From Hyphomicrobiales bacterium (GTDB lineage: Bacteria; Pseudomonadota; Alphaproteobacteria; Rhizobiales; CAYWUX01), in the NCBI GenBank assembly GCA_028279265.1, contig JANQOC010000717.1, positions 1-41,422 of the forward strand: DNA of 41,422 nt. Direction: 5' to 3'. This document shows, one piece after another, positions 1 to 8,682 of the stretch. Position numbers and translations under genes: made by a program. The notes below the pieces were generated by a model. It was not told where the DNA came from. It made no database searches and saw only the letters and a program-made list of their open reading frames with translations. Each line of letters opens with the position of its first letter. Position 1 is the first letter of the stretch.

Positions 1-99
1 CGTTGGAACGGCTACGGGCGGCAGCGGTTCTCTTACAAGCAGCATAACATCGCTTGGCAATGATTATTATTTAATAAAAATAACAGACACGCCGAATAA
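1..99. repeat. Terminal direct repeat, copy 1 (exact duplicate of 41324..41422); assembly overlap of a circular or circularly permuted genome
   Basis: Bases 1-99 (cgttggaacggctacggg...cacgccgaataa) recur exactly at 41324-41422. A long ORF reads across the junction in frame. Confidence 0.95.
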
Positions 100-2455
100 C
101 ACTGCGGGGCGTATGTACATCTTGTCAGCTACCGCAGATAATGTGGCTTCTCATAATGGCGGTGGTGTAAATGGATTTTATGGTTCGGCACCACAATTTA
201 GACTTACAAACTCCCCAGATGTTTACATAAAAAACACTGGTGTCGGTGCTACATACGCAGCACGCGGCGGTGATGCGGTCTACAAGCCTGTCCGACAGCT
301 TCTCGCCTATCCTGCCAACGCCAATAAAGGAACAGGTGTTCGCGCCACTGTTTCACCAGCGGACATTGACGGTCCCCGGGCCGATCTAAAAGGCGATAAG
401 ATCGTTGAGAATTCCGATCTAGCAACGACGCATTATATTGATTATGATTCTGTAAATGTCATGGCTGGTCAACATACGGGCCAAGCCCTCATGAAAGCCG
501 ATGAGCGCCGATGGATCAAAGCCGAATTCTTGACTTCCGGCGGCTATGCTTATTTTGACCTCACCGGCAAAGTCATCGGTACAACATCGGGCATCACCAA
601 AGCCCATATCATCAATGCCCCCAATGGTTATTACCGCATAGCGATTATAGATGATCTCGCGGCGGGAACTGAGACATTGCGCATTTCGCTTGCGGATAGT
701 GATGGCGGAGAAACCTATGACGGTGACGGGTCCAGCGGTGCGCACATTGCCATCGCCAATATTCAGCCCGGTGGCTTGAATGACTTTGTGGGTACGCGGA
801 ATTATATTCTCGATACAGATACTGATGGCGATAAGAATTTTAATGGATGGGCCAAGACGAATGCTGTTGTTACCGACGGCACTTTAGCGCCGGACGGCAG
901 TACAGATGCGGATACCCTAGCGGACGATAACAGTACAGGTACAGGAAACGTATCAGTATCGCGAACATTAACTTTCCCAAGTGCTGGAACTTATAGAGTT
1001 GGCGTTTTTATTCAGGCAAAACAGCTCAGTTGGGTTGCCTTGCGAGAGAATAATTTTGGCCTCGGCAATAACTATACGTTTTTTGACCTTGCAAATGGTG
1101 CAATCGGCGCAACCGACAATAATAGCAATTCGACCATAAAATATTGGGGCAATGGTTATTACATATGCTCATTTGAAATAACAGTATCGAGCGATTTAAC
1201 CGGTGCTTTCCAAATCTGGTTGGCAGATGCAGACAATGACCTAGTGGTTGATCTTGATGGCACGTCAGATGTGGTCGTATGGAATGCTTTTGCTCAACCC
1301 CTAGACCCAACCACCGGCCTTATGCAACCCCCCGTTGGCATGCCCCAAACAGCCTTTAAGCTGTCCGGATACCAAGGTGAGGGCGCGGCGACGAATATTT
1401 GCCCGGACTCTGAAGACCTTTCCAGTTGGACGAAATTCACGGTTGCAGATGTTATTGACACCAATGTTTACACTGCGGTTGATGGTGAAACTGTATTCGA
1501 CCGAGTGAATGTCGATGCCAGCGCCGGAATACACGGTGTCTTCAAAAACCTCACGACAACAGCCAATACAGATTATGTGCTTGCCAAAGATTTTAAGCCC
1601 GATGGCGCACGATATGTCTGGTTGAATTTATCTTCATCGACTGAGGATCACATATCCGTTCTCTATGACTTACTCGTCGGAATTGTTGTTGCCACCGATG
1701 TCGGAACAAGCTCGGGCACCATTGCTGATTATGGTGTTGAGTACAATATAGACGGTACATTGCGCTGTTGGATGGCCGGTCAAACCGCAGAAGCCAATTT
1801 AACGGCAGCAAGCGGTACGGCGGACAGCTCAACACCGACATGGGATGCGAGCGGACGTGTGTCACATACCCCGGCAGCGGGCGAAGACTATCTTGCTACA
1901 ATGGTTCAATGTGAAGCTGGGACGGAACCGACATCCTATATAAGAACGGGTTCGAGTTCTGAATCCAGAAGCGCAGACCTTCCCATAGACACAGATATTA
2001 GCTGGTTCAATCAAACCGAAGGTACATTTGTTATCAAGGGTTCGGTGAATCATGTAAACGGCAACGTTAAACAATTTGGGTCTGCGAATGACAACACGAC
2101 CTCAGAAAGGCATCAATTATTCGCAGACAATAGCGCAGCTTCAGCTCAATATACCGTTAGGGATGGGGGATCAGCTGTCGCAGACCTTAACGGATTAGGG
2201 ACAACAGTGTCTAAGGGCACCACCATGTTAGCCGCTGCCTATAAGGAAAATGATATAGCAGCTTGTCAGGATGGTGGGACTGTGAAAACAGACACAAGTA
2301 ATACGTTGCCGACAATAACTCAATTTGAATACGGTGTATCTGCTACTGGTGGAAATCCTTTGAATGGATCTATTGAATCGTTCGAATATTACAATACGCG
2401 TCTAACAGATGCTCAGCTTCAAGAGAAAACCCTTATCACCGAAACAGGACTATAG
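2..2455 (+). CDS. Modular fibre/adhesin-like virion protein, C-terminal part of a junction-spanning gene (~980 aa when 40836..41323 is joined to 1..2455)
   Basis: The frame of ATG 40836 continues through the overlap into the frame of track ORF 113..2455. It has repeated ~130-150-aa modules (W.KTN/W.ETN openings, F[DN]L..G..G, GNGYY/NGYYR/NDYYL motifs). The C-terminal ~190 aa is LamG/concanavalin-like (...SIESFEYYNTRLTDAQLQ). Confidence 0.75.
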   Translation, partial: VGTATGGSGSLTSSITSLGNDYYLIKITDTPNNTAGRMYILSATADNVASHNGGGVNGFYGSAPQFRLTNSPDVYIKNTGVGATYAARGGDAVYKPVRQLLAYPANANKGTGVRATVSPADIDGPRADLKGDKIVENSDLATTHYIDYDSVNVMAGQHTGQALMKADERRWIKAEFLTSGGYAYFDLTGKVIGTTSGITKAHIINAPNGYYRIAIIDDLAAGTETLRISLADSDGGETYDGDGSSGAHIAIANIQPGGLNDFVGTRNYILDTDTDGDKNFNGWAKTNAVVTDGTLAPDGSTDADTLADDNSTGTGNVSVSRTLTFPSAGTYRVGVFIQAKQLSWVALRENNFGLGNNYTFFDLANGAIGATDNNSNSTIKYWGNGYYICSFEITVSSDLTGAFQIWLADADNDLVVDLDGTSDVVVWNAFAQPLDPTTGLMQPPVGMPQTAFKLSGYQGEGAATNICPDSEDLSSWTKFTVADVIDTNVYTAVDGETVFDRVNVDASAGIHGVFKNLTTTANTDYVLAKDFKPDGARYVWLNLSSSTEDHISVLYDLLVGIVVATDVGTSSGTIADYGVEYNIDGTLRCWMAGQTAEANLTAASGTADSSTPTWDASGRVSHTPAAGEDYLATMVQCEAGTEPTSYIRTGSSSESRSADLPIDTDISWFNQTEGTFVIKGSVNHVNGNVKQFGSANDNTTSERHQLFADNSAASAQYTVRDGGSAVADLNGLGTTVSKGTTMLAAAYKENDIAACQDGGTVKTDTSNTLPTITQFEYGVSATGGNPLNGSIESFEYYNTRLTDAQLQEKTLITETGL

Positions 2456-2457
2456 TC

Positions 2458-3129
2458 ATGCAAATATATATTTTACAATATACGGATCGTGACGCCTTAG
2501 ATGCTGATTTAGTGAAGACTGGATTGGCAACATTCTCTGATCTCGACCCCGGTTCAATTGATGTCGATGTCAAAGTCCCGGTTGAGGTTGGGGGCCAAGT
2601 CCATGAGATCAAAACCGAGACACGGCAATTGTCCGCCGCCGACATTAACGCCAAACCAGACTTGGAGAATGAAGCGGCGACAATCAATTACAAGATTGAT
2701 AAGAACACGGCCCTGACTGCCCCAATGACCCACAAGCTGGAAAAGGTTCGCGTTGAAGATGACAGGCGAGCCACCTATCAGGTGTTCAAGTTCAACGACA
2801 AGGAATATCGGGTTCGCACCGGTGGCAAGCAGATGGTGAGGACCGCTCTTGCCAAGACACATGGTGTGAAGATTGATGATTTCCACCAAGGCCCAGACAC
2901 CGGATTTAAATTGGTCCAAACACCACACGTCGAAGATAAGGACGGGAACCGAATATCTGACCCGAAGCACGTTGATGGATATTTCGTATTCTGTGAAGTC
3001 CAAGACGACAAGTACAAACTGCCGCTAAAAATCCTTGACCCGACAAAATTAACTATCGATTGGACAAAGCAACACGGAAAAGCAAAGCAGGCGAATCAGT
3101 ATTGGCTGAATAATTTTGTCCGCGAATAG
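2458..3129 (+). CDS. Hypothetical protein (possible fibre accessory protein, by position only)
   Basis: Track ORF with its ATG 2 nt after the upstream stop. No recognisable motif. Confidence 0.6.
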   Translation: MQIYILQYTDRDALDADLVKTGLATFSDLDPGSIDVDVKVPVEVGGQVHEIKTETRQLSAADINAKPDLENEAATINYKIDKNTALTAPMTHKLEKVRVEDDRRATYQVFKFNDKEYRVRTGGKQMVRTALAKTHGVKIDDFHQGPDTGFKLVQTPHVEDKDGNRISDPKHVDGYFVFCEVQDDKYKLPLKILDPTKLTIDWTKQHGKAKQANQYWLNNFVRE

Positions 3130-3170
3130 CTTCTGAATAAACTGCCCCCGGTTTAATTGCGGGGGCATTC

Positions 3171-3533
3171 ATGCCGAAATTCATCTATGATACCAAGCTG
3201 GGCTGTATGGTCGATAAAGACACGGGCCAGCCCATATCTCATTCGCCTGAAAAGCAGGCGGCTTTCAATAAAATGCTGGAAACCCAGACCCCGGGGCAAA
3301 TCACCCTGGATATTCCAGATTATGCAAGCCCCGTAACAGGGGAAATTATCTCCGGTCGTGTCGCCCGGCGCGAAGATCTCAAAAAACATGATTGCTTTGA
3401 GATGGACCCGCCCACAAAACCCCTACGGGAGCGCATGAAGAAGCGCAAACCCGTTGAACTCGAAAACGTGCGGGAACTCAACGAAAAACTCGAAGCCGAC
3501 TTTAACAGGATGGTGCCCAATGAAGACCTTTGA
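3171..3533 (+). CDS. Hypothetical head-module protein
   Basis: Track ORF, preceded by GC hairpin 3144..3166. Charged C-terminus; no family recognised. Confidence 0.6.
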   Translation: MPKFIYDTKLGCMVDKDTGQPISHSPEKQAAFNKMLETQTPGQITLDIPDYASPVTGEIISGRVARREDLKKHDCFEMDPPTKPLRERMKKRKPVELENVRELNEKLEADFNRMVPNEDL

Positions 3534-4695
3534 TCTCTGGAACGCCGTGTTCTGGAACACCGAAGCTGCCCTAGGGGCGGATGTTTCACAGGATGTTTCA
3601 CGTGAAACATTACCGCCACCACCGGGAAGCGATCTCCCCGACAATGCCACAAAAAAGCAGGTAGATCAAAGCCTTGACGAAGCCTTGGGCGGTGTTTTCG
3701 ACAAGATGGAAGACCCGGAAGTGGATAAAGATCCGAAGGGGGAAGTTGAAAACGATGTCGAAATCGGCGCGAAAAAGGAAGATGAGAATGCAGCGAAGAA
3801 AGATGATTCGGATTCACAGCCTGAAGATGGCCAAGGCGTGGACAATCCTGACACAAAGAAAGTTGAAGCCCCGGAAGGATTGACGGCAAGCCAGAAGGAA
3901 GCCTGGGATAAACTGCCCGCTGAAGCCCAGGAACACGCTGCGGCGATCATTCGCGAGAGCAGTCAAAACCTGAATGACGCCACGACCTTCGCCAAGCCCT
4001 TCCTCGATATTTCAAACCAGTACAAGCATGTATTTGAAGCCAATGGGCTAAAACCCCATGAAGGCTTTGAGAAAATGATGGGGATCCAGCAAGCCCTGGA
4101 CACGGGAACGCCAGAACAAAGAGCGGCGAAGCTGATTGAAATCGCCAATCTCTATGGGGTTGATCTCGGGAAACATATCTATCCCGAACTGTCGGAAGTC
4201 TTCGGCGAAGATGTGAAGTTTTCAGGCCAGGACACGACCCAGGCGGATCCCAAGGTTGCAGCCCTGGAACAGACCATTCAAAACCTGGAAAAACGTCTGA
4301 ATGAACGCGAACAATCCGAACAGTCCCGGGAAAATAATCAGATCAGCGAAACCATTAAAGAGTTCAAGGCGGACAAGGAAAATTGGGACGAATTGGAAAA
4401 TGAAATCACGGCCCAGGTCCACGCGGTCCGCACCAATCACCCCAATCTGGGAACAAAGGAAGTTCTCGAAAAAGCCTATAAAAATGCTGTTTTCACCGAC
4501 GATAAGGCCCGCGCCGCGTACTTTGAAAAACAGGAAGCGGAGCGCAAGGCGAAACGGGAAGCGGAGTTAAAAGCTGAAGCTGAAAAAGCCAAAAAGGCAA
4601 ATTCTTTGAACATCGAATCGGATCCGTTGCATAAGGGTAAACCGCAGAGTTTGGATGAAGTTTTGTCATCCAAATATGATGAGATTACCAAGTAG
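3520..4695 (+). CDS. Scaffolding protein (putative)
   Basis: ATG 3520 (MKTFDLW...) lies inside track ORF 3454..4695. The protein is strongly acidic and Lys/Glu-rich with helical character, and ends 27 nt before the capsid gene, the classical scaffold position. Confidence 0.65.
   Translation: MKTFDLWNAVFWNTEAALGADVSQDVSRETLPPPPGSDLPDNATKKQVDQSLDEALGGVFDKMEDPEVDKDPKGEVENDVEIGAKKEDENAAKKDDSDSQPEDGQGVDNPDTKKVEAPEGLTASQKEAWDKLPAEAQEHAAAIIRESSQNLNDATTFAKPFLDISNQYKHVFEANGLKPHEGFEKMMGIQQALDTGTPEQRAAKLIEIANLYGVDLGKHIYPELSEVFGEDVKFSGQDTTQADPKVAALEQTIQNLEKRLNEREQSEQSRENNQISETIKEFKADKENWDELENEITAQVHAVRTNHPNLGTKEVLEKAYKNAVFTDDKARAAYFEKQEAERKAKREAELKAEAEKAKKANSLNIESDPLHKGKPQSLDEVLSSKYDEITK
3579..3610. repeat. 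GGATGTTTCAC x2 direct plus one inverted copy; includes the 18-bp perfect palindrome ATGTTTCACGTGAAACAT (3593..3610)
   Basis: Read directly: ggatgtttcac a ggatgtttcac gtgaaacat, inside the 5' end of the scaffold CDS. Confidence 0.9.
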
Positions 4696-4722
4696 AACTT
4701 AACCAACAGGAACCACGGAAAA

Positions 4723-5685
4723 ATGCCTACTCCAAGCGATACTTTCACGGAAATGGTTTCCACGACACTGCGACACCACGAACGAAGTGTCGCTGACAAC
4801 GTGACCAACCATAATGCGCTTCTTCGCTACATGAAGGAACACAACAACATCAAAACTGACGCCGGCGGCGGCTATGAAATCGCCATTCCGCTGAGCTACG
4901 CGGAAAACGAGACCTATCAGCGTTTTCATGGCGGGGAAATCCTGGATATTTCCGACAGCGATGTCCTGACGACCGCCAAGTTTGACTGGCGTCAGGTCGC
5001 TTTGCACGTCACGACCACCGGTCGCGATCTTAAACTGAACCGCGGCAAAGCCCAGTTGATCAATCTGGTGAAAGCCCGGGTTCAGGTAGCCATGGACACG
5101 GCTGCGAACAACATGTCGGTGGATATTTATTCCGATGGCGCCTTATCCAACCAGATTGGCGGTTTGCAGCATATCATTCAATCCGGCGGGCAGGGGACCG
5201 TTGGCTCGATTAATTCGGCCACATGGACCTTTTGGAGAAACCAGGTTCGGGAAATGTCCGATCCGACCGCCTTCGCCTCCCTGAAAGCCGATATGAACCT
5301 GATGTGGTTGTCCTGCGTCCGCGGTATGGACAAGCCGGATCTCATTGTCTTCTCCCATGACCTTTATTCGGTCTATGAGGGCGGGCTTCAGGATCTCCAG
5401 CGATATGCGGATTCAAAGGCGGCCGGTCTTGGGTTTGAAAGCCTGAAGTACAAATCCGCTTCTCTCATTTTCGACGATAATACCAACTTCGGAACGACCG
5501 CTGAAAGAGGATATTTCCTAAATACGAAATATCTCTACATGCAGCAACACCCCGAAGCCCAATGGGATGAGGATGAGAAGAAAATTCCGATCAACCAGGA
5601 CAAGATTGTTCTGCCGATTTACTGGATGGGCGAGATGTGTTGCTCAAACCGTAAACGTCAGGGCGTCATGGTCGATCTGGCCTAA
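4723..5685 (+). CDS. Major capsid protein (putative)
   Basis: 320-aa ORF directly after the scaffold gene, followed by a stable hairpin. Size and synteny (terL-portal-...-scaffold-this gene) fit. The fold was not verified. Confidence 0.75.
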   Translation: MPTPSDTFTEMVSTTLRHHERSVADNVTNHNALLRYMKEHNNIKTDAGGGYEIAIPLSYAENETYQRFHGGEILDISDSDVLTTAKFDWRQVALHVTTTGRDLKLNRGKAQLINLVKARVQVAMDTAANNMSVDIYSDGALSNQIGGLQHIIQSGGQGTVGSINSATWTFWRNQVREMSDPTAFASLKADMNLMWLSCVRGMDKPDLIVFSHDLYSVYEGGLQDLQRYADSKAAGLGFESLKYKSASLIFDDNTNFGTTAERGYFLNTKYLYMQQHPEAQWDEDEKKIPINQDKIVLPIYWMGEMCCSNRKRQGVMVDLA

Positions 5686-5707
5686 TTTGCCTCCCGGCAA
5701 ACCACTG

Positions 5708-5727
5708 GCTGGGGCTTCGGCCCCGGC
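5708..5727 (+). promoter_or_regulatory. UUCG-tetraloop hairpin after the capsid gene (mRNA stabiliser or attenuator candidate)
   Basis: gctggggc ttcg gccccggc, an 8-bp stem with one G.U pair, followed by ttccttct. Confidence 0.4.
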
Positions 5728-5757
5728 TTCCTTCTAATTGAATTGAGGATTTGAAAA

Positions 5758-6258
5758 ATGACGACAGAAGTTTTTGCCCAAGGGCATCCGGCGGGGGCAA
5801 ATTTCAACCAAGTTGATAATTCCGCATCCGCTGAATACAAGGTCGGCACATGCGCCATGGGCTCTAATGGGGGCCAATGGATGTATGTTCAGGCTTCCGG
5901 ATCCCTCGCTATTAACTCTTTGGTGGCGATTGATGAGGATTTCACCGCCCGCGTGGCCACATCGGCCCTTGCTGGGGCTGGCGACAAGCCTGGATGGCCG
6001 CAAGTGGCGATCCCGGATAATTCTTATGGCTGGGCCGCCCTGGATGGGTCTGAAATCAACGGTTTGGTGGCGGGCTCATGTGCGGCGGACACCAAGCTTT
6101 ATGTGGGTTCTACCGGTGTGACCGCGGGGGTTCTGGACGATGCCAGCGCCACCGGCCGGGTTACGGTCCAGGGGGCTGTGGCTGTAACGGCCAATTCAAC
6201 ATCGGCCGATGCTGCCGTTGAGCTAAAGGTGACAAATCCGGTCTTCCTGGACGTTTAA
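5758..6258 (+). CDS. Small Ala/Gly/Thr-rich capsid-associated protein (possible decoration/cement protein)
   Basis: 166-aa ORF with SD-like gaggatttgaaaaATG, between the capsid gene and a strong terminator. Beta-rich composition. The role is inferred from position. Confidence 0.5.
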   Translation: MTTEVFAQGHPAGANFNQVDNSASAEYKVGTCAMGSNGGQWMYVQASGSLAINSLVAIDEDFTARVATSALAGAGDKPGWPQVAIPDNSYGWAALDGSEINGLVAGSCAADTKLYVGSTGVTAGVLDDASATGRVTVQGAVAVTANSTSADAAVELKVTNPVFLDV

Positions 6259-6268
6259 TTGGGGACCT

Positions 6269-6309
6269 GACCCGGGCGGTGGGGGCATCACGCCCGGGTC
6301 TTTTTTTTT
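6269..6309 (+). terminator. Rho-independent terminator
   Basis: Perfect 10-bp stem gacccgggcg/cgcccgggtc with a 12-nt loop, followed by T9. Confidence 0.85.
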
Positions 6310-6312
6310 AGG

Positions 6313-7695
6313 ATGAACATGAAAACACAAGTTAAATTCAAAAGCGGTCTGAACACTTCGGAAGATGTATTTCTCGACAATACGCGGGCGAATATTGAGA
6401 AATACGGCCATTTAATCCCGACTTATTCCACGAAAAAGGCACTCATTTGTGGCGGCGGACCCAGCCTCGAAGACTGGATCGAGGAGATCCGTGATTTGAA
6501 AGATGCGGGCTGGACGATATTCGCGCTGAACGGGGTTGCCAGATATCTCTATGAAGAACACCAGATCATTTCCGACTGGCAGTTGGTGATTGACGCCAGG
6601 CCGGAGAATATAGAATTCATTGGCGATTTCTGGGCTGAAAATATCGCTTTGGGGTCACAAGTTGACCCCCAATTATTCGAAAAAGCCATTGCGAGTCAAT
6701 CGAATGTGGTCATGGTTCATTGCATGGCGGTCAAGGGAAGTCTTGATTTGATTCGCGAATTACACCCCGGTAACACGGTTTTGGGGGGTGGATCGACGGT
6801 CGGCATGATGGCCATGAATTTCATTTCGTCCGCCGGTTATGCCAAGGCGAAACTCTATGGATTTGATTCATCCCACCGGGAAGACAAAAAACACCCCTAC
6901 ACCCAGCCGTTGAACGAAGATCAGCCGGTGATTGATTTCATCTTCAATAAGCAATCGTTCAAATCATCCGGGCCGATGGCCTCACAAGCCCAACAGTTCA
7001 TCACCTATTGGAAGGTCTGGGCCAACAAGGGGCTCGAATTCGATATCAGGGGCGATGGACTACTTCCAACCATGTGGCGCTATGTCCAGGCCATTGAGGA
7101 ATTTGGATCCACCGAAGACCGGGAGCTGATCAAGTACGAAAAAGTCTGGCGCATGGACAATTACCGGAAATACTCACCCGGCGAAGACTTCTGGGATCAC
7201 TATCAGCATCACATCCCCCGGGACGCCAGAACTGTCGCTGATTTTGGCTGTGGAACCGGACGTATTGTCGCGAAAATCAACGAGTTGGGACCGGCTTACA
7301 TAGGGATCGATCACGCTACAAATTGTTTAGATGATGGAGCCAAGGATCTCATTGACACCCATCCCAATGAATTTATCCCGGCCAATCTCTGGCAATTCAA
7401 AGGACGCCTGTTTGACTTCGGGCTTTGTTGTGACGTGATGGAGCATATCCCCGCCTGGAAGATGGATGACACTCTTCAGGCGATTGCGCGATCCGTGCGG
7501 AAAGGCGCAATATTTACCATTTGTTGCGCCCCTGATGTCTTTGGGGAACGGGTCGGGGAAACTTTGCATATGAATGTGATGCCGCCGGATCAGTGGGTTG
7601 GGAGAATAGCTCTGCATTTTGGCTTTGCGGAAGAGATTTATGCCGAAGGCCCGAACGTGGTCATTGCGGCAAGAAAAGAGGGAACGGGATTATGA
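6313..7695 (+). CDS. Fusion protein: N-terminal DUF115/MptE-like (Maf-type glycosyl/nonulosonate transferase-like) domain plus C-terminal class I SAM-dependent methyltransferase
   Basis: N-terminal motifs: LICGGGPSL, IFALNG, DWQLVIDAR, GGGSTVGMMAMNFISSAGYAKAKLYGFD. C-terminal motifs: VADFGCGTGRIV (motif I) and LCCDVMEHIP. The start may be ATG 6319. Confidence 0.7.
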   Translation: MNMKTQVKFKSGLNTSEDVFLDNTRANIEKYGHLIPTYSTKKALICGGGPSLEDWIEEIRDLKDAGWTIFALNGVARYLYEEHQIISDWQLVIDARPENIEFIGDFWAENIALGSQVDPQLFEKAIASQSNVVMVHCMAVKGSLDLIRELHPGNTVLGGGSTVGMMAMNFISSAGYAKAKLYGFDSSHREDKKHPYTQPLNEDQPVIDFIFNKQSFKSSGPMASQAQQFITYWKVWANKGLEFDIRGDGLLPTMWRYVQAIEEFGSTEDRELIKYEKVWRMDNYRKYSPGEDFWDHYQHHIPRDARTVADFGCGTGRIVAKINELGPAYIGIDHATNCLDDGAKDLIDTHPNEFIPANLWQFKGRLFDFGLCCDVMEHIPAWKMDDTLQAIARSVRKGAIFTICCAPDVFGERVGETLHMNVMPPDQWVGRIALHFGFAEEIYAEGPNVVIAARKEGTGL

Positions 7696-7988
7696 CCATA
7701 GAAATCGTTGATATTTACACCAAAGGCACGCCAAAAACAGACGAAAAAGGCGAACCCATCCTGGCGAAGATGATCGTTTATCGCCCCAAACGTCACGGTC
7801 CGGAGATCACGGAAGCCTCCGAAAAGGATCTGCAACAGCGCCCAGGCTGGCGGGTGTTTGCCAAGCATATTGCGAAGTTCGAGGCCAAGAACGCCCCGGC
7901 TGAGAAACCGAAAAAGGCTAAGGCGAAGCGGAAATCGAAAAAGAAAGACGCCCAAATCGATCTGGAGGAAGCTATAGCCGAGGCTTGA
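7693..7988 (+). CDS. Small head-module protein with a polybasic C-terminus
   Basis: ATG 7693 overlaps the upstream stop (ATGA). MTIEIVDIY...KPKKAKAKRKSKKKD. The 5' extension to 7593 in the track overlaps the upstream gene. Confidence 0.6.
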
Positions 7989-8046
7989 CCAGGTTTGCGA
8001 ATAAGCGCAAGGGCCATTCATCAATAGTTTGCGGGGACAAGATAAC

Positions 8047-8682
8047 ATGACAATACGGGTACATAAATTCTGGACAACATTCGCCCCGGATCCCAAGGAT
8101 CCCGAGAAGTTAAGGGGTGTGGATATGGTTGCTTATCATTCCATCGGTCAGGCCCAATATTCGGTTCAGATCGAGGCGGTTTCCAGGTTGTCCAAACTCA
8201 TCCCTTTGGAGGGGAATGAGGATAATATTGCCGTTGTCATGGCCCATGATCGTTGGAACCAGATCAAGGGGCCTTATGATGCGTTCAAACATGGGAATGA
8301 ACTACCTGAAGACGGAACACCTTTGGCTGCTTGGTCGGGATTGACGCCGGAACAGGCCGATGAAGTGCGCCGCCAGGGGATCCGCACCGTCGAAGAGTTT
8401 GCCGAGCTGCCGGAAAATGTCGTCAATCGCCTACCCATGCAACATGGCAAAAAACACCAAGCCATTGCCAAGACCTGGCTCGCGACCCTGAAGGATCAGG
8501 CCCAGGCTGACCAGATGGAAGAAATGAAAGCCCAGGCCCAGGCTCAGGAACAGGAATTGGCCGAACTTCGGGAAACACTTGCGCGTATGCAGCAAGCCGC
8601 CGGTGACCCGACAGGGGAAGCAATTCATCCTGTTGAAGAGGAAACACCGAAGAAGGCGACACGCAAGAAGAAAGCTGCCTAA
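8047..8682 (+). CDS. Head-module protein with an HhH-like segment, coiled coil and basic tail
   Basis: ATG 8047 (the track start 8029 is TTG). LTPEQADEVRRQGIRTVEEFAELPENVVNRLP..GKK resembles a helix-hairpin-helix. QAQAQEQELAELRETLARMQ is a coil. It ends PKKATRKKKAA. Confidence 0.55.
   Translation: MTIRVHKFWTTFAPDPKDPEKLRGVDMVAYHSIGQAQYSVQIEAVSRLSKLIPLEGNEDNIAVVMAHDRWNQIKGPYDAFKHGNELPEDGTPLAAWSGLTPEQADEVRRQGIRTVEEFAELPENVVNRLPMQHGKKHQAIAKTWLATLKDQAQADQMEEMKAQAQAQEQELAELRETLARMQQAAGDPTGEAIHPVEEETPKKATRKKKAA

Noticed and set aside
5774-6121. 115-aa alternative plus-frame ORF inside 5758..6258
   Set aside because: It has an Arg/Trp/Pro-rich off-frame composition. The 5758 frame has an SD and a protein-like sequence.
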